Assembly: GCA_004555055.1 (NCBI GenBank)
Contig: SFJN01000004.1
Coordinates: 1-54,653 of the forward strand
Length of the DNA stretch: 54,653 nucleotides
Reading direction: 5' to 3'
DNA from: Bacteroidales bacterium
GTDB lineage: Bacteria; Bacteroidota; Bacteroidia; Bacteroidales; Bacteroidaceae
Made by a program: the position numbers and the translations under genes. Below the pieces are notes generated by a model. It made no database searches. It was not told the DNA's origin and saw only the letters and a program-made list of their open reading frames with translations. Each line of letters begins with the position of its first letter. Position 1 is the stretch's first letter. This document shows positions 28,595-40,620 of this stretch, one piece after another.

Positions 28595-30619
28595 TTACCA
28601 TACCACTACGCGGTCCTTGGGAGCCACATAGAGGGGAGCGCCCTTCTTGATGTTGAATGCCTTGTACCAGGCGTCAATGTGGGGCAGGGCACCGTTCACA
28701 CGCCAGCGTCCCAGGGAGTGGGGATCGGTCTTGGTCAGCTGGCGAATGCTTTCCTCACGGGCATTGTTTGCCCAAATGAGTCCGTAGCTGAGGAAGAAAC
28801 GCTGGTCGGGGGTGAAGCCGTCGGCAGTCTTCAGGGGATTGGTACGCATGGCGTTATGGAAAGCCTGGTGAGCCACCATCAGTCCGCCGTGGTCAGCAAG
28901 GTTTTCGCCAACGGTAAGTTCTCCGTTGCACTTCAGTCCGGGCAGAGCTTCAAGTTTGTCGAAGTACTTTATCATCTTAGCGGTACGCTCCTTGAAGCGT
29001 TCACTGTCCTCTGCAGTCCACCAGTTGTTCAGGTTTCCGTCCTTGTCGTACTTGCAGCCCTGATCGTCGAATCCGTGGGTCATTTCATGTCCGATGACCA
29101 CACCGATGGCACCATAGTTGGCTGCGTCGTCAGCCTCGGGGTTGAAGAAGGGCGGCTGCAGGATACCTGCGGGGAAACAGATTTCGTTGGTGGTAGGGTT
29201 GTAATAGGCATTGATGGTCTGGGGCGTCATCAGCCATTCGTCGCGGTCGACGGGTTTGTTGACGCGTTTGGCAATATGGTCGTTTGTGCGCCATCCTGCA
29301 GCAGCCATGATGTTTTCATAGTAGCTCTTGCTTTCATCAATGACGAGCGATGAGTAGTCTGTCCATTTGTCGGGATATCCGATTTTGACATAGAAAGTGG
29401 AGAGCTTTTCGTGGGCCTTCTGTTTGGTAGCATCGCTCATCCAGTCCTGGGCATCGATGCGTTCTCCCAGGGCAATGGCCAGTTGGTTCACCAGTTCCTT
29501 CATGCGGGTCTTGCTGCTCTCGGGGAAGTAGCGTTCCACATAAATTTTTCCTACGGCTTCGCCAAGGATTTGGTCAACCGTGCTCACGGCACGCTTCCAT
29601 CTGGGGCGGTCCTCCTGTGAGCCTTGAAGCGTCTTTCCGTAGAAGTTGAATGAGGCTTCGCGGAAATTGTCCGAGAGGTATCCGGCTGCATCGTCAATGA
29701 GTCGGAAGGCTACAAATGCCTTCAGGTCTTCGAGCGATGTCTCTTCATAAAGTTTCTCTAAGGCATGGATAGGTTCAATCTGGCCCACCACCACTTCGGT
29801 AAAGGCAGGGTATCCTTCGAAGATGAAATAGGTGCTCCAGTCGATGCCGGGAAATTCGTTGAGCAGGTCGGCGTACGACATCTTATGGTAGTTCGCCTCA
29901 GGGTTGCGGAGTTGCACGTTCGAGTAGTTGCTTTCGGCCTGGCGGGTTTCAAGTTTCAGAATGGCCTCGGCTTTTTTCTGAGCGGTTGCCTTTTCGTCGC
30001 CAGTCAGTTCGAAGAGGTTGGTCATGTATTCACTGTAGGCGGTACGGATTTGCTGCATGGCATCGTCCTTTTCCAGATAGAAACTGCGTTCGCCCAGTGT
30101 CAGCTGGGGCTGGAAAATCTGTACAATGTTCTGCTTGGCGTTTTTGTCGTCGGCACCGCAGTATGTGCTGATGAGTCCCGGCACGCCGTAATGGCTCAAT
30201 CTGCTCTGCAGCATGAAGAGCTCTTTCTTCGTCTTTGTTCCGTAGATTTCTTCAAGAAGCTTGCGGATGGGAGCGTAGCCCTCAGCGTTGAGGCGTGCGG
30301 AGTCCATAGCCAGACGGTAGAGTCCGCCTATCTTCTGTTCCAACGAACCCTCTGCTCCCTGTTGCTTGGAGAGTTCGAGGATGATGTCGCGCAGACGTTC
30401 CTGGTTTGTTTCGTTGAGTTTGTTGAAGTGTCCGTAGCGGCTGTGTTCGGCGCTGAGCGGGTTGGCGGCCATCCATCCGCCGCCGGAGTACTGGAAGAAG
30501 TCCGTACCGGGCTTTGCCTTCAGGTCCATATTGGCACGGTCGATACCGGTGCCCAGACCCTGGCCCATGCAAGTAGTGGTGAGCATGGCAAGTGTGGAAA
30601 GAATTAGTTTGAGGTTCAT
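28595..30619 (-). CDS. pepO: M13 family zinc endopeptidase (PepO)
   Basis: INAYY, HEMTHGFD, GENLAD and DPHS motifs. Start moved to MNLKLILS, which gives a signal peptide. Confidence 0.93.
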   Translation of the reverse strand: MNLKLILSTLAMLTTTCMGQGLGTGIDRANMDLKAKPGTDFFQYSGGGWMAANPLSAEHSRYGHFNKLNETNQERLRDIILELSKQQGAEGSLEQKIGGLYRLAMDSARLNAEGYAPIRKLLEEIYGTKTKKELFMLQSRLSHYGVPGLISTYCGADDKNAKQNIVQIFQPQLTLGERSFYLEKDDAMQQIRTAYSEYMTNLFELTGDEKATAQKKAEAILKLETRQAESNYSNVQLRNPEANYHKMSYADLLNEFPGIDWSTYFIFEGYPAFTEVVVGQIEPIHALEKLYEETSLEDLKAFVAFRLIDDAAGYLSDNFREASFNFYGKTLQGSQEDRPRWKRAVSTVDQILGEAVGKIYVERYFPESSKTRMKELVNQLAIALGERIDAQDWMSDATKQKAHEKLSTFYVKIGYPDKWTDYSSLVIDESKSYYENIMAAAGWRTNDHIAKRVNKPVDRDEWLMTPQTINAYYNPTTNEICFPAGILQPPFFNPEADDAANYGAIGVVIGHEMTHGFDDQGCKYDKDGNLNNWWTAEDSERFKERTAKMIKYFDKLEALPGLKCNGELTVGENLADHGGLMVAHQAFHNAMRTNPLKTADGFTPDQRFFLSYGLIWANNAREESIRQLTKTDPHSLGRWRVNGALPHIDAWYKAFNIKKGAPLYVAPKDRVVVW

Positions 30620-30741
30620 AATTATGGGTGATATGTTTGTAGTGAGTGCCGTGAAGATAAGATACCTGGCATCAAAGGCTGAAAGACATTGGACTTTCAG
30701 GAGGGTTCTCCGTTTGTTTGTTCGGAAATATGGTGAGGGGT

Positions 30742-32700
30742 TTATGGCTGTTCCATTGCTTCGACAGCTTCGCTCCATGCTTCTTCAGCCTCTTCAAGTT
30801 CTTTTTTCAGTGTGCCGTATTGGGTACACAATGCCGTGTCGGCGGCTCCCTCAGGAGTGGAAAGCTTGGCCTCGATGTCTGCAATGGCCTCCTCAAGGTC
30901 TTCGATGCGTTTCTCCGCATCCTTTACAGCCTGTTCCAGTTTGCGGCGCTGGCGTGCCAGTTCCTTCTGCTCGGCATAGGAGAGAGCTCCCTCCGAGGGT
31001 GCAGGTTTGTCTGCTGCAGGGCCGTGACCGTTTGCATGGCTTGATGGGGTAACCCGTGTCTGTTCCTGAAGAGTGTGCAGGGCATCGAGGGTGTCGATGT
31101 CCTTTTTCTGTAGAAAATCGTAGATGCCGCCAATGTGTTCGCGGACCTTCCCACCGCCGAATTCGTAGACTTTCGTCACCAGACCGTCCAGGAATTCGCG
31201 GTCATGGCTGACGATGATGACCGTGCCGTCAAAGGCAAGGATGGCTTCCTTCAGCACATCTTTCGTGCGCATGTCGAGGTGGTTGGTAGGCTCGTCGAGG
31301 ATAAGGAGGTTCATCGGCTCCAGCAGCAGGCGTATCATGGCCAGCCTGCTGCGTTCGCCACCTGAAAGCACCTTCACTTTTTTTTCAGAGGCTTCGCCAC
31401 CGAACATAAAAGCTCCGAGGATGTCTCTGATTTTTAGCCGTACATCGCCCCTGGCCACATAATCGATGGTGTCGAACACGGTGAGGTTTTCGTCGAGCAT
31501 CTGTGCCTGGTTTTGGGCGTAGTATCCTATTTCAACCCCGTGTCCTACGGTGAGTGAGCCGTCAAAGGGGATTTCGCCCATGATGCATTTTACAAGCGTA
31601 GATTTTCCTTCGCCGTTGCGTCCGACGAATGCCACCTTTTCGCCACGGCGGATGCGAAGGTTGACGTCGTTGAACACAAGGTGGTCTCCATATGTTTTTC
31701 CTACGCCTTCGCAGATGACGGGGAAGTCGCCGCTGCGTTGGCAGGGCGGGAATTTCAGGTGCAGGCTGGTATTGTCTACCTCATCGATTTCAATGGGCAC
31801 CATTTTCTCCAGTTGCTTGATTCGGCTCTGCACCTGCACGGCCTTGGTAGGCTTGTAGCGGAAGCGCTCAATGAAGTCGCGGATATCGGCCATTTCCTTC
31901 TGCTGGTTCTCGTAGGCCCGGAGTTGTGCTTCGCGGCGTTCGGCACGCAGACGTACATATTCATTATAGGGCACACGATAGTCTATAACCTTTCCGCACG
32001 AAATCTCCAGTGTGCGCTGGGTGACATTGTTGATGAACGCCCTGTCGTGCGAAACCAGGATAACGGCGGCACCGCTGCGTGCCAGGAACTGTTCGAGCCA
32101 ACGTATCGACTCAATGTCCAGGTGGTTGGTAGGTTCGTCGAGGAGCAGTACGTCGTGCCGTGCCAGCAGCAGCTTGGCCAGTTCTATACGCATGCGCCAT
32201 CCGCCGGAGAATTCGCGTGTGGGACGGTCGAAATCGCTGCGTTCGAAACCGAGACCTTGCAGCGTGCGCTCTATTTCGGCTCGATAGTTCTGCGCTCCCA
32301 TCAGTTCCAAACGCTCGCTTTCGCGTGTAAAGGCCTCCACAAGTTCCATATACGAAGCCGAATCGTAGTCCGTGCGTGTGGCCATTTCATCGTGCAGTGC
32401 TTCCACGTGTGCCTGCAGTTCATGGATGTGCCCGAAGGCCTTTTCCGTTTCTGCAAGGAGGGTTGTATCGTCCGACAGCACCATCACCTGCGGCAGATAG
32501 CCCACGCTGACGTCGCGCTGCATGGCCACCGTACCGGAACTCGGGCTTTGTTCGCCGGCAATAATCTTGAGCATCGTCGACTTTCCTGCACCGTTCTTTC
32601 CCACCAGGGCGATGCGGTCGCGCTTGTTTACCACAAAGCAAGCATCGCTGAAGAGGGGACGTGCAGAAAATTCGACGGATAGATGTTCGATGGATATCAT
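30742..32700 (-). CDS. ABC-F family ATPase
   Basis: Two ABC domains (GKNGAGKST/FSGGW and GRNGEGKST/LSGGE), no TM segments and a C-terminal coiled coil. Start is MISIEHL. Confidence 0.95.
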   Translation of the reverse strand: MISIEHLSVEFSARPLFSDACFVVNKRDRIALVGKNGAGKSTMLKIIAGEQSPSSGTVAMQRDVSVGYLPQVMVLSDDTTLLAETEKAFGHIHELQAHVEALHDEMATRTDYDSASYMELVEAFTRESERLELMGAQNYRAEIERTLQGLGFERSDFDRPTREFSGGWRMRIELAKLLLARHDVLLLDEPTNHLDIESIRWLEQFLARSGAAVILVSHDRAFINNVTQRTLEISCGKVIDYRVPYNEYVRLRAERREAQLRAYENQQKEMADIRDFIERFRYKPTKAVQVQSRIKQLEKMVPIEIDEVDNTSLHLKFPPCQRSGDFPVICEGVGKTYGDHLVFNDVNLRIRRGEKVAFVGRNGEGKSTLVKCIMGEIPFDGSLTVGHGVEIGYYAQNQAQMLDENLTVFDTIDYVARGDVRLKIRDILGAFMFGGEASEKKVKVLSGGERSRLAMIRLLLEPMNLLILDEPTNHLDMRTKDVLKEAILAFDGTVIIVSHDREFLDGLVTKVYEFGGGKVREHIGGIYDFLQKKDIDTLDALHTLQEQTRVTPSSHANGHGPAADKPAPSEGALSYAEQKELARQRRKLEQAVKDAEKRIEDLEEAIADIEAKLSTPEGAADTALCTQYGTLKKELEEAEEAWSEAVEAMEQP

Positions 32701-32903
32701 TTGCTTTTTTGAAGATTCGAAATTTTGATTTCGGACATACAGGGAACTTGCGTTATCGGATACCGGCATCTTGTAGTCGGTTTCCAGAGGGTGGGCGCCG
32801 TTCCCAGTCTTTATTTTACAGGGGCAGATGTCGTTGTGTTCCGGTGCCGCCACAGCTGTTTAAGGAATAAAGTGCCCTTCTTTTTGTCCGAATATTTTGC
32901 GCG

Positions 32904-33024
32904 CAAAGTTACAAAATCCTTTTCAGAGGCACGTACATGCGGGACAAAATGGCATAAAAATCAAAAAAAAGTGGCTGTAATGCCTTGATTTTGTTGGCAA
33001 ATTGCAACATTTGTGTTAATTTTG
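32904..33024. promoter_or_regulatory. Divergent -7 promoter boxes for the ABC-F and M23 genes
   Basis: TAACTTTG on the minus strand at 32904-32911 and TAATTTTG on the plus strand at 33017-33024. Confidence 0.6.
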
Positions 33025-33059
33025 CCATGAATTTTTTAGCCAACCCCTCCTTTTTTGTT

Positions 33060-34067
33060 ATGCATTTCACCTATCGTTTTCCTTATATCCTCCAATTTCT
33101 GTTCGCTTTTGTCCTTGCTTTTGTCGTAGTTCCCGGCAGTGTCAGTGCCCAGGACCTCATTGCCCGTCAGGCTCCCGTTGACCGTCGTGTGCGAGCCATT
33201 GACAGTGTGGCCATCAGTCGTGTGCTCAACCGTCGCAAAGTGGTGGATTACGAATCGGACGAACTCTATACTTCGTGGAATACGGAAAGCGTACATTGTT
33301 ATGCCGACAGCCAGTTGCCGGAAAAATTCCGCATCGACCTTCGTGGCTTTGCCATGCCCACACCCAGCCGTGTCGTTACCTCGAACTTCGGTTATCGCCC
33401 TGCTTTCGGACGCAACCACAAGGGAATCGATGTCAAAGTCTATATCGGTGACACCATTGTCAGTGCGTTTGATGGCAAGGTGCGTGTAGTCAAGTATGAC
33501 AGAGGAGGCTATGGCAAGTATATTGTCGTACGTCATGGCAACGGTTTGGAAACCATCTATGGTCACCTTAGCAAACAATTGGTAAAGGTTGGCGATGTGG
33601 TACGTGCCGGAGAACCTATCGGATTGGGTGGAAATACAGGACTAAGTACCGGTTCGCACCTGCATTTCGAAACCCGTCTGCTTGGACAAGCCATCAATCC
33701 CGCCCTCCTTTTCGATTTTGCCAATCAGGATGTGACGTGCGATTTCTACGACTATTACAATCCGAACTATAATCCTCTGCGTCGTAAAGCAGAGTCGGCC
33801 CCTGCCCTTGCACAGCTTTCCGAGGGTAACGATGCCGGAGAGAGCGTAGGGCAGGCTGAGACCGAGCAGATGGAAAAGCCCCAGGAAACGGTAAGCGTCT
33901 CAAAGAAGTCGCAGGGACAGGGTAAAGGCAAAGTCTACAAAGTCCGGAAGGGCGACAGTCTGTATAGCATCTCGCAGCGCACGGGAGTCTCGGTGCGTGA
34001 CCTTTGCCGACGCAACAACATCAGCAAGCGTGCCAAGTTACAGCTTGGACAGATTCTGAAGTACTAA
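33060..34067 (+). CDS. M23 family peptidoglycan endopeptidase with C-terminal LysM
   Basis: HKGID and HLHFE zinc motifs, YGHL, and LysM YKVRKGDSLYSIS. Start 33060 preferred because the ATG at 33027 lies too close to the -7 box. Confidence 0.92.
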   Translation: MHFTYRFPYILQFLFAFVLAFVVVPGSVSAQDLIARQAPVDRRVRAIDSVAISRVLNRRKVVDYESDELYTSWNTESVHCYADSQLPEKFRIDLRGFAMPTPSRVVTSNFGYRPAFGRNHKGIDVKVYIGDTIVSAFDGKVRVVKYDRGGYGKYIVVRHGNGLETIYGHLSKQLVKVGDVVRAGEPIGLGGNTGLSTGSHLHFETRLLGQAINPALLFDFANQDVTCDFYDYYNPNYNPLRRKAESAPALAQLSEGNDAGESVGQAETEQMEKPQETVSVSKKSQGQGKGKVYKVRKGDSLYSISQRTGVSVRDLCRRNNISKRAKLQLGQILKY

Positions 34068-34291
34068 ATTCCCTATTGGCTGTTATAACCCGAAATTGTG
34101 TTCCGGGATTAAATCCATAAGACACGATAACGTGTCGTCAAACCTCCCTGACGGGGTTCCACTTGTGATAGATATGTCACAGATGGAATCCCGTTTCTTT
34201 TTGCATCGTACTGTTGCTTGTCATACGCACTCTCGTTGGCAATGTCTCTATCGCTGCCGATGGTTGGAACAAGCCCCCAATCCGGAAATCC

Positions 34292-34373
34292 AAAACATCG
34301 GACTTCTTTGATACAAACATCCGTACTTTTGCCCATAAACATCCGTACTTTTGCCTTGAAAGTACGGCACTTT
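34292..34373. repeat. Palindromic REP/MITE-like element, copy 2 (degenerate right arm)
   Basis: AAAACATCGGACTTCTTTG followed by two AAACATCCGTACTTTTGCC units at 22 bp spacing, then inverted AAAGTACGG. Confidence 0.85.
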
Positions 34374-34642
34374 CTGCAATCCCATGCGGAGGTGTCCTGT
34401 GCCATAATCTGATACTTGCATCCAAGTATAGAGCATGCAATTGATAAATTGCCAAGGAAAAAGTGGAACAATGCCTTTTTCTTCGGTATATGCAATCTCC
34501 CGCGCCATGGGGCAGGTTTCGGAAAGCCATCCTGCAGACAATCTTCCGGTCGGATATGCATTTGAAGTTATGGGTTAAGAAAAACGCGTGAAATTTTACG
34601 AAAAAAATCCGTCTTGTTCTTGTACATTACGCGAGTTTGTCG

Positions 34643-34650
34643 TACCTTTG
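34643..34650 (+). promoter_or_regulatory. Putative -7 promoter box upstream of the helicase-DUF4375-smpB-metH gene run
   Basis: TACCTTTG with TTG about 20 bp upstream. Confidence 0.6.
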
Positions 34651-35148
34651 CCCATGTAAACAAGAGAGTTTATGTGATGCATGGACATTTCCGATGCCGC
34701 TTCTGGTGAAATCGGTTTTTGCCCAATGCATTTCAGGAATATGTATGCCGGATGAAGATGGCGGCCAATATGATGGGCCACAAAGTATGCCATACCTCAT
34801 ATTTGCAGCATTTCCATTATATGACATATATAGGCTGTGCTGGTCAGATTGGGATACTCATCAATTATTACCAACAACCGAGAATGCTTCCGTCCAATGG
34901 CGGGCCGGCGCTACGCTTTAAATGCAGCGTGGAAGACCGGATTACAAAGGGCGGCGGGCGCTCAAATCTTATTTTACTCGGAGTTGTCATCATCTTTTGC
35001 CAGTACAGCCTTTCTTATATCCTTTCGCCAATGTGCATCGGAATCTTCACGAAGCGTTTCCTGAGTATCGGGAGGGGCTTGTGCGTTGGCGGGATGATGT
35101 CCATGAAGAACCTTCCGCGTTTCTTTTGCGGGACAAAGCTGCCGAACG

Positions 35149-36504
35149 ATGTTTGTACTTACCCCCATGCAGGAGGAAACCGCACGCAGCATTGTCCGTA
35201 AGGACAGTGTGTTGCTGCTTTCCCCTACCGGTAGCGGAAAGACAATTGCCTTTCTGCTTCCCATTCTCGACATGCTGGAGCCCAGGCTTCCGCAACTTTC
35301 CCCCACGTCTGAGGCATCGCCTTTGGCGGTCGTTGTGGTGCCGAGCCGTGAGCTGGCATTGCAGATGACAGAGGTGCTGAAGGAACTTCTGGCAACGCGT
35401 GGAACCGAGGTGAAGGGTGCAGCCGTCTATGGCGGTAGACCGGCGATGGACGAGCACCGTATGCTCAAGGGTATGATGCCGCATATCGTATTTGCCACTC
35501 CGGGTCGCCTGCTCGACCATATCGGAAAGGGGAATATCTGCGTCGGACGTGTACAGGTCCTTGTGGTCGATGAGTATGACAAATGTCTGGAACTCGGCTT
35601 CCGCGACGAAATGGACAGCATCAGCGGGTGTTTTTCCCGTTGTCCGCAGGTGATACTTACTTCTGCCACCCGTTTTTCTCCAGACAATGTCGGGGAGTAT
35701 GCCGAAAGGTTAGAAGGTTATCCAAAACTGCTTGCAAAAAGGGACTTCAGGACCATCGACTATCTTGTAGAGGAAGTCGGATTGAAAACGCGTATTGCCA
35801 CCGTTGTGGTCCCATCGCCTGAGCGCGACAAACTGAATACCCTTGGGCAGCTGCTCACCACGCTCCGTGGAGCACAGTCCATTGTTTTTGTCGCTCATCG
35901 CGAGAGTGCGGAACGTATAGGAAACTTCCTGCGCGAAAAACGGTTTGATGCCGTAGTCTACCACGGCGGTATGGATCAGGAACGCCGCGAGCGTGCACTG
36001 GCTCGGTTCAGGGCCGGTGCCAGCAATGTCATGGTCAGTACAGACCTGGCAGCGCGCGGACTCGATATACCTACTGTAGGCGTGGTGGTCCATTATCATC
36101 TTCCCGCCGATGAGGCAGCCTACACCCATCGCTCCGGTCGCACTGCGCGTTGGGACGCGTCGGGAGAGAACTTCCTGATTGTGGGGCCCGATGAGCAGGT
36201 GCCGGCTTTCGTCACTGCCGATGAGACGAGGGACGTCTGCCAGACAAATATCAAACCAACGCATCCCGAGTGGGCACTTGTATACATCGGACGTGGAAAG
36301 AAGGAAAAACTTTCGCGTGGTGATGTAGCCGGTTTCTTCTGCAAGAAAGGTGGACTCAATGCACATCAACTCGGAAAAATAGCCCTTGCAGACCATGCTG
36401 CCTATGTGGCCGTGCAACGCACGGTTGTAAAGCAGTTGCTGCAACGCGTGGCAGGCGAGAAGATCAAGGGTATGAAAACCATCTTCGAGGAAGTCAGAAA
36501 ATAG
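35149..36504 (+). CDS. DEAD-box RNA helicase, DbpA-like
   Basis: Q motif, PTGSGKT, PSRELA, TPGRL, DEYD, SAT, HRSGRTAR and a C-terminal DbpA-type RNA-binding domain. Confidence 0.92.
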   Translation: MFVLTPMQEETARSIVRKDSVLLLSPTGSGKTIAFLLPILDMLEPRLPQLSPTSEASPLAVVVVPSRELALQMTEVLKELLATRGTEVKGAAVYGGRPAMDEHRMLKGMMPHIVFATPGRLLDHIGKGNICVGRVQVLVVDEYDKCLELGFRDEMDSISGCFSRCPQVILTSATRFSPDNVGEYAERLEGYPKLLAKRDFRTIDYLVEEVGLKTRIATVVVPSPERDKLNTLGQLLTTLRGAQSIVFVAHRESAERIGNFLREKRFDAVVYHGGMDQERRERALARFRAGASNVMVSTDLAARGLDIPTVGVVVHYHLPADEAAYTHRSGRTARWDASGENFLIVGPDEQVPAFVTADETRDVCQTNIKPTHPEWALVYIGRGKKEKLSRGDVAGFFCKKGGLNAHQLGKIALADHAAYVAVQRTVVKQLLQRVAGEKIKGMKTIFEEVRK

Positions 36505-36560
36505 CAGGACAGACGATTCCACAGTACTGAAATTCCAGCATGAATCTTTAAGAATCTACC

Positions 36561-37067
36561 ATGAACATAAAAGTGAAAGACAGTGCCCTCGCTGCAGCTG
36601 CCGAAGAGGGAATGGATGCCTTCATCGAGGTTGTTGTGAAAGGTTTCAAGGACTATGTCGGCAGCGACGAACTTACGCATGAAGCCATGCAGGCACTCAC
36701 CCCCGACCAGATTACGCTTTGGGGGTATCTTATCCTGCGCGATGAACTCTGTGACGGCGGTTTCATACAGCTGATTCACAACGGTTACGGCCCGTTTTTC
36801 TTCCTCAATCCTTTTGCAAAGGCCATGCGTCTTTGGGGGCTGAAGGAATTCTCGAAATTCATCTACCGTGCGCGCGAACTCTATGAAGAGTATCATGAGG
36901 ACATCGAGCGCGAAATGAATTATGATGAATTCATGGCTCTTTACGAACAATATCCGGAATTCGAGGATCTCGACGACGAGTTCATCTGTATGGAAGAACA
37001 GGTGACAGGACGTGTTGCCGCCTATCTTGATGACCATCTGCTCGACTTTATCGATATTGTCAAGTAG
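36561..37067 (+). CDS. DUF4375/DMP19-family acidic protein (putative DNA mimic)
   Basis: DGGFIQLIHNGYG motif and strongly acidic composition. Family call is from recall. Confidence 0.78.
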   Translation: MNIKVKDSALAAAAEEGMDAFIEVVVKGFKDYVGSDELTHEAMQALTPDQITLWGYLILRDELCDGGFIQLIHNGYGPFFFLNPFAKAMRLWGLKEFSKFIYRARELYEEYHEDIEREMNYDEFMALYEQYPEFEDLDDEFICMEEQVTGRVAAYLDDHLLDFIDIVK

Positions 37068-37119
37068 GGTGGCAGTTCTCTAAACCGCTATACACCACAA
37101 GAACTATTGCATTCCTATA

Positions 37120-37590
37120 ATGGTAAAGAAAGCATTGAAACCCGCAAGGGTCAACATACAGAATAAACGTGCCAAACACGAATACCTGATTGTAGACAGA
37201 CTGAAGGCAGGAATTGTGCTTACGGGTACGGAAATAAAAAGCATCCGTGCAGGAAAAGCTTCGTTGGTCGACACTTTCTGCTTTGTTCTCGACGGTGAGA
37301 TGTGGGTGAAGAACATGTACATTGCTCCCTATGAATTGGGAAGCTACAACAACCATGCATCACGTCGCGACCGCAAGCTTCTGCTCAACCGCAAGGAAAT
37401 CCGCAATCTCCAGAACGATGCTTCGTCACCGGGGTATACCATCGTTCCTCTGCGACTCTTCATCGATGAAAACGGAAGGGCCAAGCTTGAAATAGCGCTC
37501 TGCAAGGGTAAGCGCGAATTCGACAAGCGTGCTTCGCTGCGCGAACGTGACGACAAACGCGAAATGGACCGTATACGCAAGAGTTTCTGA
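37120..37590 (+). CDS. smpB: SsrA-binding protein SmpB
   Basis: [27 protein letters not shown] and KGKREFDKR motifs. Confidence 0.98.
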   Translation: MVKKALKPARVNIQNKRAKHEYLIVDRLKAGIVLTGTEIKSIRAGKASLVDTFCFVLDGEMWVKNMYIAPYELGSYNNHASRRDRKLLLNRKEIRNLQNDASSPGYTIVPLRLFIDENGRAKLEIALCKGKREFDKRASLRERDDKREMDRIRKSF

Positions 37591-37756
37591 CAACGTTTTC
37601 ATTACGAGAACTTTCCGTTTCGGAGATAAGGCCTTCTGATGCATACCTGAATGTTTCTGCATTATTACTCGTCTTAATGCGTTTAAGGCGGTAATCGGCA
37701 GATGTCGCCTGTCGTCTTACTTCTACTTTCAAAATCAGAAAATCTTCGGCTTTCAT

Positions 37757-40501
<2,745 letters not shown>

Positions 40502-40535
40502 AAAACGGTTCATTATCTGGTGAATGACACAGCAA

Positions 40536-40579
40536 ACAAGACGTCCGTACTTCCGGTGTTGGAGGTACGGACGTCTTGT
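40536..40579. terminator. Hairpin between the convergent metH and M6 peptidase genes
   Basis: ACAAGACGTCCGTAC/GTACGGACGTCTTGT perfect 15 bp stem. Confidence 0.7.
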
Positions 40580-40620
40580 CATTTAACCTTATGGTCGTTA
40601 TCTCATAGTCGTTTCAATTG

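Noticed and set aside
30968..30990. TCGGCATAG match to the gene-end element core
   Set aside because: It lies inside the ABC-F coding sequence with no hairpin or flanking duplication.
37591..37756. Cobalamin or SAM riboswitch upstream of metH
   Set aside because: No recognisable conserved motifs by eye; an Rfam scan would be decisive.
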